Origin: an uncultured Eubacteriales bacterium
Lineage (GTDB): Bacteria > Bacillota > Peptococcia > Peptococcales > SKKY01
NCBI GenBank assembly: GCA_964574445.1
Contig: CAZNNQ010000001.1
Coordinates: 18,446-82,445 of the forward strand
Direction of reading: 5' to 3'
DNA length: 64,000 nucleotides
Shown here: piece by piece, positions 39,015 through 49,947 of the stretch
Layout of the letters: the number at the start of each line of letters is the position of its first letter
Numbering within the stretch: the stretch's first letter is position 1
Made by a program: the position numbers and the translations under genes
The notes under the pieces: model-generated
The model's database searches: none
Told to the model about the DNA's origin: nothing
The model's input: only the letters and a program-made list of their open reading frames with translations

Positions 39015-40547
39015 TTAATGTTTAAAATGTCTTCTCTGTGTAAAAATCATGATAATCCCACGTTCATTACAGGCTTCAATAGATTCTTTGTCCCTTATGG
39101 AGCCCCCTGGTTGTATAATTGCTTTAACACCAACTGCAGCAGCTGAATCAACTGTATCTCTAAATGGGAAAAATGCATCTGAGGCTAGATAAGCATCTTT
39201 AGTATCTTTTCCAGCTTGTTCGTAAGCTATCTTAGCAGAACCGACTCTGTTCATCTGACCTGCTCCAACGCCAACGGTGCGATAATCCTTCGCTAGGACA
39301 ATTGCATTTGATTTTACATTTTTAGCTATTTTCCAGGCAAAAATTAGTTGTTCTAAATCTTCTTTACTAGGTTTAGCTTCTGTAACAACCTCAAATAGAT
39401 CTGTATTAAGTTCCTCAGTATCTGATTCTTGCAATAAAAAACCACCACTAACTTTTTCAATCCATAGTTCTTCATTTGGCTGTTCATAGCCCATTTCAAT
39501 TAATCTAACATTTTCTTTTTTAGCAAAAATAGTTAATGCAGCATCAGAAAATTCTGGAGCTACTACAGCTTCTACAAAAATTTTGCAAATTTCTTCTGCT
39601 GTGTCTTCCTCAACTTTTGTATTTAGTCCTATAATTCCTCCGAAGGCAGAAACAGGGTCTCCTTCATAAGCTCTAATATATGCTTCTAATTGAGTTTTAC
39701 CTAAGGCGGAGCCACATGGATTTGTATGTTTTATCACCGTAACAGCGAACTCATCTTTAAAATCTTTAGCTATATTCCAAGCTGCTTCTATATCTACTAT
39801 GTTATTATATGAAAGTTCCTTACCTTGAAGCTGTTTTCCACCAGCAATAGTCCCCTCTGTATTAAAAGGAAACTTATAAAAGGCTGCTTTTTGATGGGGG
39901 TTCTCCCCATATCTTAAATCTTGAACTTTTACACCTGTAAAATTAATGGTTTCTGGAAAAAGGTTCCCTGTAAACTCTTTATTTAAATAGCTACTTATAG
40001 CTGTGTCATATTCTGCAGTATGTGTAAAAGCTTCTAAAGCAAGGATTCTTCTTGTTGATAATGAAACAGATCCATTATTTTTAATTTCGTCTATAACTTG
40101 AGTATATCTCTCAGGTTTAACAATAATTGTAACTCTGTCATGATTTTTTGCTGAAGCTCTAACCATTGCAGGTCCACCGATATCGATATTCTCAATTGCA
40201 TCCTCAAGGGTTACATCTTTTTTAAGTATTGTATTCACAAATGGATAAAGGTTTACGCAAACTATATCAATAGGAGTAATTTTATTTTCTGCCAAAACAT
40301 TCATATGTTCTTCTGTCCCTTTGGCTAAAAGTCCTCCATGAATATTTGGATGAAGAGTTTTTACCCTGCCTTCTAAAATTTCAGGAAATCCTGTAACATC
40401 CTGAACTCCTTTAACAGGAATATTGTTCTCACTTAAGTGTTTTTTTGTTCCTCCAGTTGAGATAATTTCATACCCCAATTCTATAAGTTCTCTGGCAAAT
40501 TCAACAAGATTTGTCTTATCAGAAACGCTAAGCAATGCTCTTTTCAT
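39015..40547 (-). CDS. purH: Bifunctional AICAR formyltransferase / IMP cyclohydrolase
   Basis: MKRALLSVSDK..., full-length PurH. The start is moved from 40589 to the ATG at 40547, which follows GGGGAG and removes the overlap with purN. Confidence 0.95.
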   Translation of the reverse strand: MKRALLSVSDKTNLVEFARELIELGYEIISTGGTKKHLSENNIPVKGVQDVTGFPEILEGRVKTLHPNIHGGLLAKGTEEHMNVLAENKITPIDIVCVNLYPFVNTILKKDVTLEDAIENIDIGGPAMVRASAKNHDRVTIIVKPERYTQVIDEIKNNGSVSLSTRRILALEAFTHTAEYDTAISSYLNKEFTGNLFPETINFTGVKVQDLRYGENPHQKAAFYKFPFNTEGTIAGGKQLQGKELSYNNIVDIEAAWNIAKDFKDEFAVTVIKHTNPCGSALGKTQLEAYIRAYEGDPVSAFGGIIGLNTKVEEDTAEEICKIFVEAVVAPEFSDAALTIFAKKENVRLIEMGYEQPNEELWIEKVSGGFLLQESDTEELNTDLFEVVTEAKPSKEDLEQLIFAWKIAKNVKSNAIVLAKDYRTVGVGAGQMNRVGSAKIAYEQAGKDTKDAYLASDAFFPFRDTVDSAAAVGVKAIIQPGGSIRDKESIEACNERGIIMIFTQRRHFKH

Positions 40548-40557
40548 CTTTACTCCC

Positions 40558-41145
40558 CTATCTTTTATTTTTAATCTTCCCTTGTGCATATTTATTTACT
40601 ACTTCTGTATATAATATATGTTCTTCTTTCAATATCCTTTTGGATAATGTTTCTTCATCATCTGTTTCAAGGACCGGAACAACCTTTTGTCCAATAATTA
40701 ATCCTGTATCCATTCCCTCATCAACAAAATGAACAGTACACCCAGAAAATTTTACACCATATTCCAGAGCTTGTTTTTGTGCATCAAGTCCTGGGAAAGC
40801 GGGAAGAAGAGATGGGTGTATATTTATTACATCTTTTTTCCAAGCTTTCAAAAAAGAAGGACTTAATATTCTCATATATCCCGCAAGACATACAAGGCCA
40901 CAATCATATCTATTTACTATCTCCACCATTTTATTCTCAAAGGCTTCTTTATTTTCAAAATCCTTTGGGTTTACAAAAAAGTGGGGTATACCTTCTTCTT
41001 TTGCAGTCTCCAGTGCACCAGCATTTTCTTTATCGGAAATAAGAAGAGCAATCTGAAAGAAAGAGTCTTCTTTTCTGCTGTTTTTCAGAAGAGCGGAAAA
41101 GTTTGATCCTCTTCCAGATGCAAGAACCGCAATCTTTAATTTCAT
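40558..41145 (-). CDS. purN: Phosphoribosylglycinamide formyltransferase
   Basis: 195 aa; VLASGRGSN, INIHPSLLP, HFVDEG.DTG. Confidence 0.95.
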   Translation of the reverse strand: MKLKIAVLASGRGSNFSALLKNSRKEDSFFQIALLISDKENAGALETAKEEGIPHFFVNPKDFENKEAFENKMVEIVNRYDCGLVCLAGYMRILSPSFLKAWKKDVINIHPSLLPAFPGLDAQKQALEYGVKFSGCTVHFVDEGMDTGLIIGQKVVPVLETDDEETLSKRILKEEHILYTEVVNKYAQGKIKNKR

Positions 41146-41156
41146 AATTCCACCTG

Positions 41157-42191
41157 CTATTTTATTATTGTTTTTTCACCTTTTACTATTTTTCCGATAG
41201 TATAAATTTTTTCTTCCATTTGGTTACATTGAGCAATGATTTTTTCTGCTTCTTTTTCATTGGCAATAATAACCATACCTATCCCCATATTAAAAACTCT
41301 ATACATCTCTTCATCTTCGATTTCACCAATGTTTTGAATAAATTCAAATACTGGTGGTTTAGAGAATGAGTTTCCTTCTATTTCTGCACACAATCCTTCT
41401 GGCAGTACTCTAGGTACATTTTCGACTAATCCTCCACCGGTAATGTGAGCAAGCCCTTTAATTTCTGCTGACTCAATTAATTTAAGAATAGTCTTAACAT
41501 AGATTTTCGTTGGCTCAATTAATAGTGTTCCTAAAGAAGTTCCCATACCTTCCAAGTATGAATCAGTCTGTAAAAAACCTTTTTCAAACAAAACTTTTCT
41601 AGCTAAAGAAAAACCATTGCTGTGTAATCCGCTTGAAGGTAATCCTAATACCAGATCACCTTCTTCGATATTTTTTCCGTTAATAATTTTTTTCTTGTCA
41701 ACTATTCCAACGGCAAAGCCTGCAACATCGTATTCTCCCTCAGGATAAAACCCAGGCATCTCCGCTGTTTCTCCTCCAATTAAAGAACATCCTGCTTGTA
41801 TACAACCCTCTGAAACACCTTTTACAATTTGAGTTACCTGCTCTGGATCAAGTTTCCCTACTGCTAAATAATCAAGGAAAAACAATGGTTCTGCTCCTGT
41901 GACTATAATGTCATTTACACACATTGCTACAGCATCAATCCCAATAGTATCGTGCTTGTCCATCGCAAAAGCAACCTTAAGCTTTGTTCCTACACCATCC
42001 GTTCCAGATACTAATACGGGTTCTTCATATTTATCCTTATCTAGAGCAAAGAGACCTCCAAAACCTCCTAAATCCGCAAGAACTTCTTTGCGAAAAGTTT
42101 TTTTAACGAAGGGCTTCATTTTTTCTACGCTTTCATTTCCTTTATCAATACTTACTCCTGCTTCTTCATAGGTAAGTTTCTTGTTTTCCAT
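41157..42191 (-). CDS. purM: Phosphoribosylformylglycinamidine cyclo-ligase (AIR synthetase)
   Basis: 344 aa; [23 protein letters not shown]. Confidence 0.96.
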   Translation of the reverse strand: MENKKLTYEEAGVSIDKGNESVEKMKPFVKKTFRKEVLADLGGFGGLFALDKDKYEEPVLVSGTDGVGTKLKVAFAMDKHDTIGIDAVAMCVNDIIVTGAEPLFFLDYLAVGKLDPEQVTQIVKGVSEGCIQAGCSLIGGETAEMPGFYPEGEYDVAGFAVGIVDKKKIINGKNIEEGDLVLGLPSSGLHSNGFSLARKVLFEKGFLQTDSYLEGMGTSLGTLLIEPTKIYVKTILKLIESAEIKGLAHITGGGLVENVPRVLPEGLCAEIEGNSFSKPPVFEFIQNIGEIEDEEMYRVFNMGIGMVIIANEKEAEKIIAQCNQMEEKIYTIGKIVKGEKTIIK

Positions 42192-42206
42192 ATTTTCACC
42201 TAGTTT

Positions 42207-43619
42207 CTAATTTTCTAAATTATATTTTTGCATTTTCTCAATCTCACTAATATCAATTGGGTAGTCTCCCGTAAAGCAGGCTGTACAAAATCCCGCTTTT
42301 ATTCCAAGGGCATTATATAATCCCTCAATAGACAAATAGTTTAGTGAATCTGCTTTAATAATTTTTTGAATTTCTTTTATACTTTTCTTTGCTGCAACCA
42401 ACTGTTCCTCATCCCCAGTATCAATACCATAGTAGCAGGACTTAGTTACAGGTGGGGAAGTAATAAGCATGTGAACTTCTTTTGCTCCCGCTTCTCTTAC
42501 CATTTCTATTATTTTCTTACTTGTTGTACCTCTCACGATAGAGTCATCAACTAAAGCAACTCTTTTACCCTTTATAATTTCTTTTATAGGATTTAATTTA
42601 AGTTTTACTCCAATTTCTCTAATCTTCTGCGTTGGCTGGATAAAGGTTCTGCCAGCATATCTGTTTTTTAATAGTCCAAAGGCAAACGGTTTTCCCACTG
42701 TTTCTGCATAACCAATACCTGCTACTGTACCTGAATCAGGAACAGGAATAATTACATCCACGTCTAGAGGATGCTCTTTTGCTAATTCTTCACCCATTCT
42801 TTTTCTTGCAATATTTACATTGATACCATCGATTGTACTGTCAGGACGAGCAAAATAAATATATTCAAAAATACATAATGCCTTTTTATCTGCCGTAAAG
42901 ATTCTTTTCGAGCTTACGCCATTTTCATCGATAATAATAATTTCACCAGGTTCTACATCTCTGTAGAAAGTTGCACCTATTGTATCTAAGGCACATGATT
43001 CAGAGGCAAGAACAAAACCCTTTTCCCCAATTTTCCCTATACACAAAGGTCTGTTACCATAAGGATCTCTTACTCCAACCAATTTGTCTTTATTCATTAT
43101 AACCATTGAATAAGATCCTTTAAGATCTATCATTACTTTCATAAGTGACTCTTCTATGTCTGTTTGACCATATTTTGCAATTAGATTTACAATCAATTCT
43201 GTATCAATTGAGGATTGGAAAACGGAACCACTATTAGCTAAGTTTTCTCTAAGCTGGTTGGCATTAGTAATATTTCCATTATGAGCCAAGGCAATCTGAC
43301 CAGCCAAATAGGTAGCAAGAATTGGTTGAGCATTTTGAACAATACTTGAACCTGTAGTTGAATATCTAACATGGCCAATCCCAATGCAACCTTTAAGACT
43401 ATCAATATCATTCTGATTAAAAGCTTCGGTCACTAATCCCATGGATTTGTGAAGACGGATTTTTTTGCCATCAGAAACTGCCATTCCAGCACTTTCTTGT
43501 CCTCTGTGTTGAAGAGCAAACAAACCATAATATAATGCCTGGGAAACCTCTTCTCCAGGAGTATAAATCCCTATTACACCACATTCTTCTTCCATTTTAT
43601 CTTCTTTTTCCCAATTCAA
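42207..43619 (-). CDS. purF: Amidophosphoribosyltransferase
   Basis: 470 aa; short propeptide before CGVIGIY (Ntn Cys), PRTase loop VDDSIVRGTT, C-terminal Cys ligands for a 4Fe-4S cluster. TTG start after GGAGG. Confidence 0.95.
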   Translation of the reverse strand: MNWEKEDKMEEECGVIGIYTPGEEVSQALYYGLFALQHRGQESAGMAVSDGKKIRLHKSMGLVTEAFNQNDIDSLKGCIGIGHVRYSTTGSSIVQNAQPILATYLAGQIALAHNGNITNANQLRENLANSGSVFQSSIDTELIVNLIAKYGQTDIEESLMKVMIDLKGSYSMVIMNKDKLVGVRDPYGNRPLCIGKIGEKGFVLASESCALDTIGATFYRDVEPGEIIIIDENGVSSKRIFTADKKALCIFEYIYFARPDSTIDGINVNIARKRMGEELAKEHPLDVDVIIPVPDSGTVAGIGYAETVGKPFAFGLLKNRYAGRTFIQPTQKIREIGVKLKLNPIKEIIKGKRVALVDDSIVRGTTSKKIIEMVREAGAKEVHMLITSPPVTKSCYYGIDTGDEEQLVAAKKSIKEIQKIIKADSLNYLSIEGLYNALGIKAGFCTACFTGDYPIDISEIEKMQKYNLEN

Positions 43620-43623
43620 TTTA

Positions 43624-44328
43624 TTATGCCTCCAAACGATTTAATACTTCGATATATGAATCAACAACGTTACCTAAATCTCTTCTAAAACGATCTTTAT
43701 CCATTTTTTCTCTTGTCTCAAGATCCCAGAATCTACATGTATCTGGAGAAATTTCATCTCCCAAAATAATTTTTCCATTATGGCGTCCAAACTCTAATTT
43801 AAAATCTACAAGCTCAATTTTCTTTTCTTTTAGATAAGGAACAAGAATTTCATTGATTTTTAAGCCAAGCTCTTCCATTTCTTTAAGCTCTTCGGGAGAA
43901 CAAAGTCCCATAGCTGCAATATGGTAACTGTTTATCATCGGATCTCCTAGTTCATCATCCTTGTAATATAACTCAACTACAGTTTTCTTTAGAGGGATAC
44001 CCTCTTCCATTCCCAACTTCTTCGCTAATGAACCTGCTGTGATGTTTCTAACGACTACTTCAATAGGAACAATTTCTAATGACTTAACAAGCATGTTTCT
44101 GTCATCCATTTTTTTAACAAAATGTGTTGGAATACCTTCTTTTTCAAGTAATTCAAAAAATATTGAGGCAATAGCATTATTCAAAATTCCTTTTGATTCT
44201 ATAACGTCTTTCTTTAAACCATTAAATGCGGTAGCATCATCTTTGTATTCAACAACGTAAAGATCTTTATCTTCAGTCTTGTATATTTTCTTTGCCTTAC
44301 CTTCGTATAACATTTCTAATTTTTCCAT
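43624..44328 (-). CDS. purC: SAICAR synthetase
   Basis: [16 protein letters not shown]... The start is set at the ATG at 44328 preceded by GGGGGA; the ORF track's 11-aa extension overlaps purB. Confidence 0.95.
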   Translation of the reverse strand: MEKLEMLYEGKAKKIYKTEDKDLYVVEYKDDATAFNGLKKDVIESKGILNNAIASIFFELLEKEGIPTHFVKKMDDRNMLVKSLEIVPIEVVVRNITAGSLAKKLGMEEGIPLKKTVVELYYKDDELGDPMINSYHIAAMGLCSPEELKEMEELGLKINEILVPYLKEKKIELVDFKLEFGRHNGKIILGDEISPDTCRFWDLETREKMDKDRFRRDLGNVVDSYIEVLNRLEA

Positions 44329-44345
44329 TAAAATATCCCCCTTTA

Positions 44346-45641
44346 TTATTCTAATCCACATCTTTTGAATATTGTATCTACGTGTTTTGTGTGATAATCA
44401 AAATCAAATATTTTTTCAATCTCTTCTTCACTTAAGTGTTCTCTTATTTCAGGGTTGCCTTTAACAATGTCTTTAAATTGAATTTTTTCATCCCAGGCCT
44501 TCATTGCACCTTCTTGCACCCATTTATATACAGTATCTCTTGGAACTCCTTTTTCAACAATGCTAAGCATTACTCTTTGAGAGAATACCAGGCCAAGATT
44601 TGCATCAAGATTTTCTAACATTCTATCTTTATTTACCACAAGGCCATCTACAACTTTTATAAATAGATCTAGAATATAGTCAAGTAGAATTGTACTGTCC
44701 GGTAAGATTATTCTTTCAACGGATGACTGAGTAAGATCTCTTTCATGCCACAAGGCAACATTCTCAAGAGCTGGAATAGTATTTCCTCTAATTACTCTTG
44801 CCAACCCTGCAACTCTTTCTGATTGCATAGGATTTCTTTTGTGAGGCATTGCAGAAGATCCTTTTTGTCCTTTAGAAAACTCTTCCATTACCTCAAAGGT
44901 TTCACTTTTTTGTAATCCTCTGATTTCTGTTGCAAACTTATCAAGGGAACTGGCAATTACTGCTAAAGTAAGCATATACTCTGCATGTCTGTCTCTTTGA
45001 ATAATTTGAGTTGATACTTTTGCCGGGTTAAGAGATAGCTTCTCACATACATACTCTTCTATTCTTGGATCAATATTAGCAAAAGTACCAACTGCTCCAG
45101 AGATAGCACCAACACTTATAGTTTCAATTGCTTGTTCCATTCTTATTATGGATCTTTCTGTTTCTGTATACCATACAGCCATCTTCAATCCAAAAGTAAC
45201 TGGCTCAGCATGAATTCCATGAGTTCTACCCATCATTAATGTATATTTATTTTCTAAAGCTTTTCTTTTAATTACCTCTTTAAGTTTATATAATTTTTCT
45301 AAAATGATTTCTCCAGCTTGTTTCATTTGAACAGAAAGAGCAGTATCAAGGACATCAGATGAAGTCATTCCCATATGAATATATTGAGATTCTTTCCCCA
45401 CATATTCTGATACGTTAGTCAAGAAAGCGATAACATCATGTTTAGTTTCTCTTTCAATTTCTTTTATACGATCAATATCAAAGTCAGCTTTTTCTCGAAT
45501 AATTTTTGCTGCCTCTTTTGGGATTTGACCAATTTCTGCCATTCCTTCGCAAGCTAATACTTCAACTTCAAGCATTACTTTTAATCGATTTTCCTCTGAC
45601 CATACTTTTCCTATTTCAGGCAATGTGTATCTATTAATCAT
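44346..45641 (-). CDS. purB: Adenylosuccinate lyase
   Basis: 431 aa; fumarase/ASL signature [11 protein letters not shown]. Confidence 0.96.
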   Translation of the reverse strand: MINRYTLPEIGKVWSEENRLKVMLEVEVLACEGMAEIGQIPKEAAKIIREKADFDIDRIKEIERETKHDVIAFLTNVSEYVGKESQYIHMGMTSSDVLDTALSVQMKQAGEIILEKLYKLKEVIKRKALENKYTLMMGRTHGIHAEPVTFGLKMAVWYTETERSIIRMEQAIETISVGAISGAVGTFANIDPRIEEYVCEKLSLNPAKVSTQIIQRDRHAEYMLTLAVIASSLDKFATEIRGLQKSETFEVMEEFSKGQKGSSAMPHKRNPMQSERVAGLARVIRGNTIPALENVALWHERDLTQSSVERIILPDSTILLDYILDLFIKVVDGLVVNKDRMLENLDANLGLVFSQRVMLSIVEKGVPRDTVYKWVQEGAMKAWDEKIQFKDIVKGNPEIREHLSEEEIEKIFDFDYHTKHVDTIFKRCGLE

Positions 45642-45708
45642 TTTTATTCCTCCTAATTAAGACAAAAACCGGGCTTTTATAAAAAAGATTATAAAGATGC
45701 CCGGGAAT

Positions 45709-46203
45709 TTATTTTATTTTTTTATTTACTTTCTCTGATTTTTCAATAACTTCCTTAGACATTTTTTCTTTAAACTCAACTAATTTAGCTTCAATATTTT
45801 TATCACTTAAAGCCAAAATTTGTAAAGCAAGTATACCGGCATTTTTTGCTCCGTTAATTGCTACAGAAGCAACTGGAACACCTGATGGCATTTGCACTAT
45901 TGAATAAAGAGAATCCACCCCTTTTAGAGGTGTTGCATCTATGGGAACTCCAATTACAGGAAGTGTTGTAACTGCTGCAAGAACCCCACCAAGATGAGCT
46001 GCTGCACCTGCTCCAGCAATAATTACCTTTATTCCTTTTTCCTTTGCCTCTTCAGCATACTTCAATGCTCTATAAGGTGTTCTATGGGCCGATGCAACAA
46101 TAACTTCACTTTCAACACCAAAATCCCTAAGTACATCATAAGCCTTTTCCATAATATCAAAATCACTGTCACTGCCCATTACAATAGCAACTTTTGCTGA
46201 CAA
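45709..46203 (-). CDS. purE: N5-CAIR mutase-type PurE (class I-like motif)
   Basis: 164 aa; VAIVMGSDSD, ASAHRTP, GAAAHLGGVLAA.T.LPVIGVP. TTG start after GGAGGG. Confidence 0.93.
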   Translation of the reverse strand: MSAKVAIVMGSDSDFDIMEKAYDVLRDFGVESEVIVASAHRTPYRALKYAEEAKEKGIKVIIAGAGAAAHLGGVLAAVTTLPVIGVPIDATPLKGVDSLYSIVQMPSGVPVASVAINGAKNAGILALQILALSDKNIEAKLVEFKEKMSKEVIEKSEKVNKKIK

Positions 46204-46238
46204 AATAATTCCCTCCAGTCAATATATTGTACAAAAAA

Positions 46239-46268
46239 ATATTACCATAACAAGATTTGTTTAGTCAA
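46239..46268 (-). promoter_or_regulatory. Putative pur operon promoter
   Basis: Minus strand reads TTGACT, 18 nt, TAATAT; about 30-nt 5' UTR to the purE TTG. Confidence 0.55.
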
Positions 46269-46365
46269 CGAAAAAGCGAACTTTTATCATGTAAATAAAA
46301 AATATTTTTCATATATTTCTTTCATTTACGAACTATGTAGTTGTTCGTCGCTTAATTGTTCGTTT
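46269..46365 (-). promoter_or_regulatory. Array of CGAAC/GTTCG PurBox-like motifs (candidate PurR operator)
   Basis: Minus strand reads AAAACGAACAATTAAGCGACGAACAACTACATAGTTCGTAAAT ... AAAGTTCGCTTTTTCGTTGACT. This gives four CGAAC cores in A/T context, including the inverted pair ACGAAC-N9-GTTCGT (46328-46348), abutting the -35. Confidence 0.5.
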
Positions 46366-46373
46366 TTTTTGAA

Positions 46374-46408
46374 CAAAAAAAAGGATATATCTTTTTACGG
46401 ATATACCC
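46374..46408 (-). terminator. Rho-independent terminator after the nucleoside ABC operon
   Basis: Minus strand reads GGGTATATC-CGTAAAAA-GATATATCC followed by T8. Confidence 0.75.
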
Positions 46409-46429
46409 TAGGTTGCTTTTTTATAAACT

Positions 46430-47365
46430 TTATCGTTCTTCCCTGAAATAGGGAACGCTGAGTCCTGCTGGTGGAGAATTTTTCTTTGATTTTCTAAAGG
46501 ATATTGTAACAAGAACTATAATAGTAACAAGATAAGGAAGCATATTAATAAAATATTGGTTAATTACAAGGGCAGAGCCCTGGATTCTAAAGCCAATAAT
46601 ATCAAGTCCTCCAAACAAATATGATCCAAATAGTGCTTTATATGGATTCCATGTTGCAAAAATAACCAAGGCTACTGCAATCCATCCTCTTCCAGCTGTA
46701 ATATTTTCTTGCCATGCAGGAACATAAACCAGTGATAAATATGCTCCTCCTAATCCACAAAGAGCACCTCCTAGAAGAATATGAACATATTTATATAGAG
46801 AAACACTAATACTTGCAACATCGGCTGCTGCCGGGTTTTCACCAACTGCAGTTAGATTTAGACCCCAGGTTGTCTTATACAAATATATTCCAAGTATTAT
46901 TGCAAGAATATAACCTAGATATACAAACATGTCCTGATGAAAAAACACCTGTCCAATAACAGGAATTTTACTTAAAATAGGAACTTCAACAGGAGCAAAA
47001 AAGTTTCTAATATCTACCGTCATGATTTCTCCAACTAGACTTTTGCCTATAAACCCAGAAAAACCAGTACCAAAAATTGTAAGCGTTAAACCTGAAACAA
47101 CTTGATTTGCTCTTAAGGTTACAGTAAGAAAAGCATAGATAAAAGCTCCAAAGCCCCCAGCAATTGCCGCTGCCAGAAGAGCAAGTAATGGACTATTTGT
47201 TTTTAGCCCCACCATAAACCCCATAACAGCTCCCATTAGCATCATACCTTCAACGCCAAGGTTTAAATTTCCTGCCTTTTCAGTTATTATTTCTCCTAAT
47301 GTGGCAAAAAGCAAAGGTGTTCCTGCCACAATAGCTGCAGAAAAAAACGCAGCGGTTAATATCAT
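46430..47365 (-). CDS. ABC transporter permease (BMP/nucleoside-type, NupQ/YufQ-like)
   Basis: 311 aa, ~8-9 TM, BPD/Rbs-type permease downstream of a paralogous permease and a duplicated-NBD ATPase. Confidence 0.85.
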   Translation of the reverse strand: MILTAAFFSAAIVAGTPLLFATLGEIITEKAGNLNLGVEGMMLMGAVMGFMVGLKTNSPLLALLAAAIAGGFGAFIYAFLTVTLRANQVVSGLTLTIFGTGFSGFIGKSLVGEIMTVDIRNFFAPVEVPILSKIPVIGQVFFHQDMFVYLGYILAIILGIYLYKTTWGLNLTAVGENPAAADVASISVSLYKYVHILLGGALCGLGGAYLSLVYVPAWQENITAGRGWIAVALVIFATWNPYKALFGSYLFGGLDIIGFRIQGSALVINQYFINMLPYLVTIIVLVTISFRKSKKNSPPAGLSVPYFREER

Positions 47366-47383
47366 AAGTTAACCCTCATTTAA

Positions 47384-48430
47384 TTAATTTTTTTTAAAGC
47401 TGATGTTGTATCTAATAAAAAATTCACTGCCAAGAACAAAAAACAGAATTAAAGATTGTAAAATTGTACTTGCCGCGTCAGGAATTCCAAAAGCGATCTG
47501 AATATAAGAAGCTCCTTGAACAAGGGCTGCGAATAAAAATGAAACAACTAAAATTACTGGAACCTTAAGGTTAGATAACCAACTTGTAATTATTGCAGTA
47601 AATCCAACACCCGCCGTTAGCTGAACACTTAGGTTACCACTAACACCAGTTGCCTGAACAAATCCCGTTATTCCACATAATGCTCCACTAATAAATACCG
47701 CTGTTATTATTGTCTTGGGAACGTTAATACCAGCATAATTAGCTGTATTTTCACTTTCACCAAGAACGGCTATCTCATAACCCATTTTACTGTAATTCAT
47801 AAAGAAATACATAATTAATATTAATACCAAAGTTATTACCCAACCAATATGAATACCAAAAAGTTTTGGCAAAAGAGCATTCTCTGTATAAGGAGCTATC
47901 TTAGCAAAACCCATAGCATTTGGATCTTTCCAAGCACTATATTGAAGATAGGTTATCCATTTTAAAGCAACATAATTCATCATCAAAGTAATGATAGTTT
48001 CATTTGTTCTCCATTTTGCCCTGAAAAATGCAGGGATAAGAGCCCATAATCCTCCACCTATCATAGCCGCGATTATCATTAATAAAAGCATAATTGGTCT
48101 GCTTAATTCTGGGAAAGTTCTAAATACTACCGTAGCAAGATAAGCGCCCATAATAATCTGGCCTTCTCCGCCTATATTCCAGAACTTCATTTTAAAAGCT
48201 ACTGAAATTCCTAGAGAAGTAATTACTAATGGTATAGCTTTAATAATCGTTGACTTTAAACGGTGAGTATTACCCAAAGCTCCATCTGCCATTCCTGCAA
48301 ATACTTCAAATGGATTGTGGCTTAGGATTAAAATAAACAGTCCTGACGTAATCAACGCAAAAAGTATAGATAATGATCTTATTTTTATTTCTTCTTTTCT
48401 GCTAACTTCCGGCTTCTTGGTTATCCTCAT
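47384..48430 (-). CDS. ABC transporter permease (NupP/YufP-like)
   Basis: 348 aa multi-TM permease; its start overlaps the ATPase stop. Confidence 0.85.
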   Translation of the reverse strand: MRITKKPEVSRKEEIKIRSLSILFALITSGLFILILSHNPFEVFAGMADGALGNTHRLKSTIIKAIPLVITSLGISVAFKMKFWNIGGEGQIIMGAYLATVVFRTFPELSRPIMLLLMIIAAMIGGGLWALIPAFFRAKWRTNETIITLMMNYVALKWITYLQYSAWKDPNAMGFAKIAPYTENALLPKLFGIHIGWVITLVLILIMYFFMNYSKMGYEIAVLGESENTANYAGINVPKTIITAVFISGALCGITGFVQATGVSGNLSVQLTAGVGFTAIITSWLSNLKVPVILVVSFLFAALVQGASYIQIAFGIPDAASTILQSLILFFVLGSEFFIRYNISFKKN

Positions 48431-49944
48431 TTTTTCTCTCCAAGCATCATAAGACCTAATTCTTCTTTTGTTGTTTCTGAGGCATTTACTATTCCCATTA
48501 TTTCTCCGTTATTAATAACCATTATTCTGTCACTTAGTTCAATGAGTGCATCTAAATCTTCGCCAATATAGAGAATAGCAACACCTTTTTTCTTTTCCTG
48601 ATTAAGAAGGTCATAAATTTTATAACACGTATTAATATCAAGACCTCTAACAGGATAAGCTGTAATAAGCAATTCAGGATTTGAATCCAATTCTCTTCCT
48701 AAAAGTACTTTTTGTATATTCCCACCAGAAAGGTTTTTTATTGGGTGATTAATTCCAGGGGTTTTAATTTCTAATTTTTCTACTATTTCTTTAGCTTTAA
48801 CCTTAGATGGTTTTCTATCAATAAAAAAACCTGATTTTTTTTGATATTGTTTTAATAAAATGTTATCAACAATATCCATACTTGCAACAAGACCCATCCC
48901 AAGGCGGTCCTCTGGTATAAAGCTCATGCTTATTCCTTTTTTAATTATTTCTTTTGGGGTTTTCCCAACCATTTCTTCCCCTTTAAACTTGATTGATCCA
49001 GAAGAAACTTTATATAAACCTGCTATTGCTTCACATAATTCTTTTTGACCACTGCCAGCTATACCAGCAATACTTAATATTTCTCCTGAATATAAAGAGA
49101 AGGAAACATCCTTTAATACTTGAACCCCATCATTTGTATATGAGTTAAGATTATCCATGCGAAATACTTCTTCTTTATAATCATAAGTTTCTCTATTAAT
49201 TTCTAATTTTATAGGGTATCCAACCATTATTTCTGTCAATTCTTGTGGGTTAGTCTCCTTAGTTAAAAGGGTTTTAATACTTCTTCCCTTTAATAAAACA
49301 GTAGTTTTATCAGAAATAGTCATAACTTCATTCATTTTATGACTGATAAAAATCACTGCACAGCCTTCTTCTTTTAACTTCAACATTATTTTAAATAATT
49401 TTTCTGTTTCTTGAGGAGTTAATACTGCTGTTGGTTCGTCAAGTACAAGGATTTTTGCACCTCTGTATAAAACCTTCAGAATTTCTAAATTCTGTTTTTC
49501 TCCTACAGACATTTCATAAACATTTTTATTTAAATCAATATCAAGAGAAAATTTTTCTGATAGTTCCTTGATCTCAATATATTTCTTTTTCTTATTTAAA
49601 AAAAGCGTTTTTTCATTCCCCAAAAGAACATTCTCAAGTGCGGACTGAACCTCCACTAGCTTAAAATGCTGGTGGATCATTCCAACTCCTCTGGACATGC
49701 TGTCTCTTGGTGAAGAAAAAAACACTTCTTCCCCATTTATATATATTGAACCGCTATCTGGAGTATATACTCCAGATAGCATGTTCATTAATGTACTTTT
49801 CCCTGCTCCGTTTTCACCTAGAAGGGCATGAATTTCTCCTGCACCAACGCTAAAATTAACTTTATCATTAGCTAATATAGTGCCAAATCTTTTGCTAATA
49901 TTTTTCATTGAAACTAACGCAGGAGTCTGATTCATAAATACCAC
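48427..49944 (-). CDS. ABC transporter ATP-binding protein with duplicated NBDs (NupO/YufO-like)
   Basis: 505 aa; Walker A GENGAGKST, signature MSVGEKQ/LSGGNIQ; Rbs/Mgl-type fused ATPase. Confidence 0.9.
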   Translation of the reverse strand: MVFMNQTPALVSMKNISKRFGTILANDKVNFSVGAGEIHALLGENGAGKSTLMNMLSGVYTPDSGSIYINGEEVFFSSPRDSMSRGVGMIHQHFKLVEVQSALENVLLGNEKTLFLNKKKKYIEIKELSEKFSLDIDLNKNVYEMSVGEKQNLEILKVLYRGAKILVLDEPTAVLTPQETEKLFKIMLKLKEEGCAVIFISHKMNEVMTISDKTTVLLKGRSIKTLLTKETNPQELTEIMVGYPIKLEINRETYDYKEEVFRMDNLNSYTNDGVQVLKDVSFSLYSGEILSIAGIAGSGQKELCEAIAGLYKVSSGSIKFKGEEMVGKTPKEIIKKGISMSFIPEDRLGMGLVASMDIVDNILLKQYQKKSGFFIDRKPSKVKAKEIVEKLEIKTPGINHPIKNLSGGNIQKVLLGRELDSNPELLITAYPVRGLDINTCYKIYDLLNQEKKKGVAILYIGEDLDALIELSDRIMVINNGEIMGIVNASETTKEELGLMMLGEKK

Positions 49945-49947
49945 CTT

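Noticed and set aside
40548-40589. Extended starts of purH (40589), and likewise purC (44361) and leuA (18097), that overlap the upstream gene or a hairpin.
   Set aside because: Internal starts with good Shine-Dalgarno sequences (40547, 44328, 18064) reproduce the conserved N-termini ([24 protein letters not shown], ..[13 protein letters not shown]) and remove the overlaps.
45642-45708. A CCGGGC...GCCCGG inverted repeat followed by TTTTTG between purE and purB, as a possible internal terminator.
   Set aside because: It has only a 6-bp stem closing a ~26-nt AU-rich loop. That is too weak to call, and nothing suggests purE is expressed separately.
46204-46429. An expected purine riboswitch upstream of purE.
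   Set aside because: The promoter (TTGACT-18-TAATAT) lies ~30 nt from the start codon, and no UAUAAU...CCGUAAA...GACUA aptamer elements are present on either strand. The hairpin plus T8 at 46374-46408 terminates the upstream ABC operon rather than acting as an attenuator.
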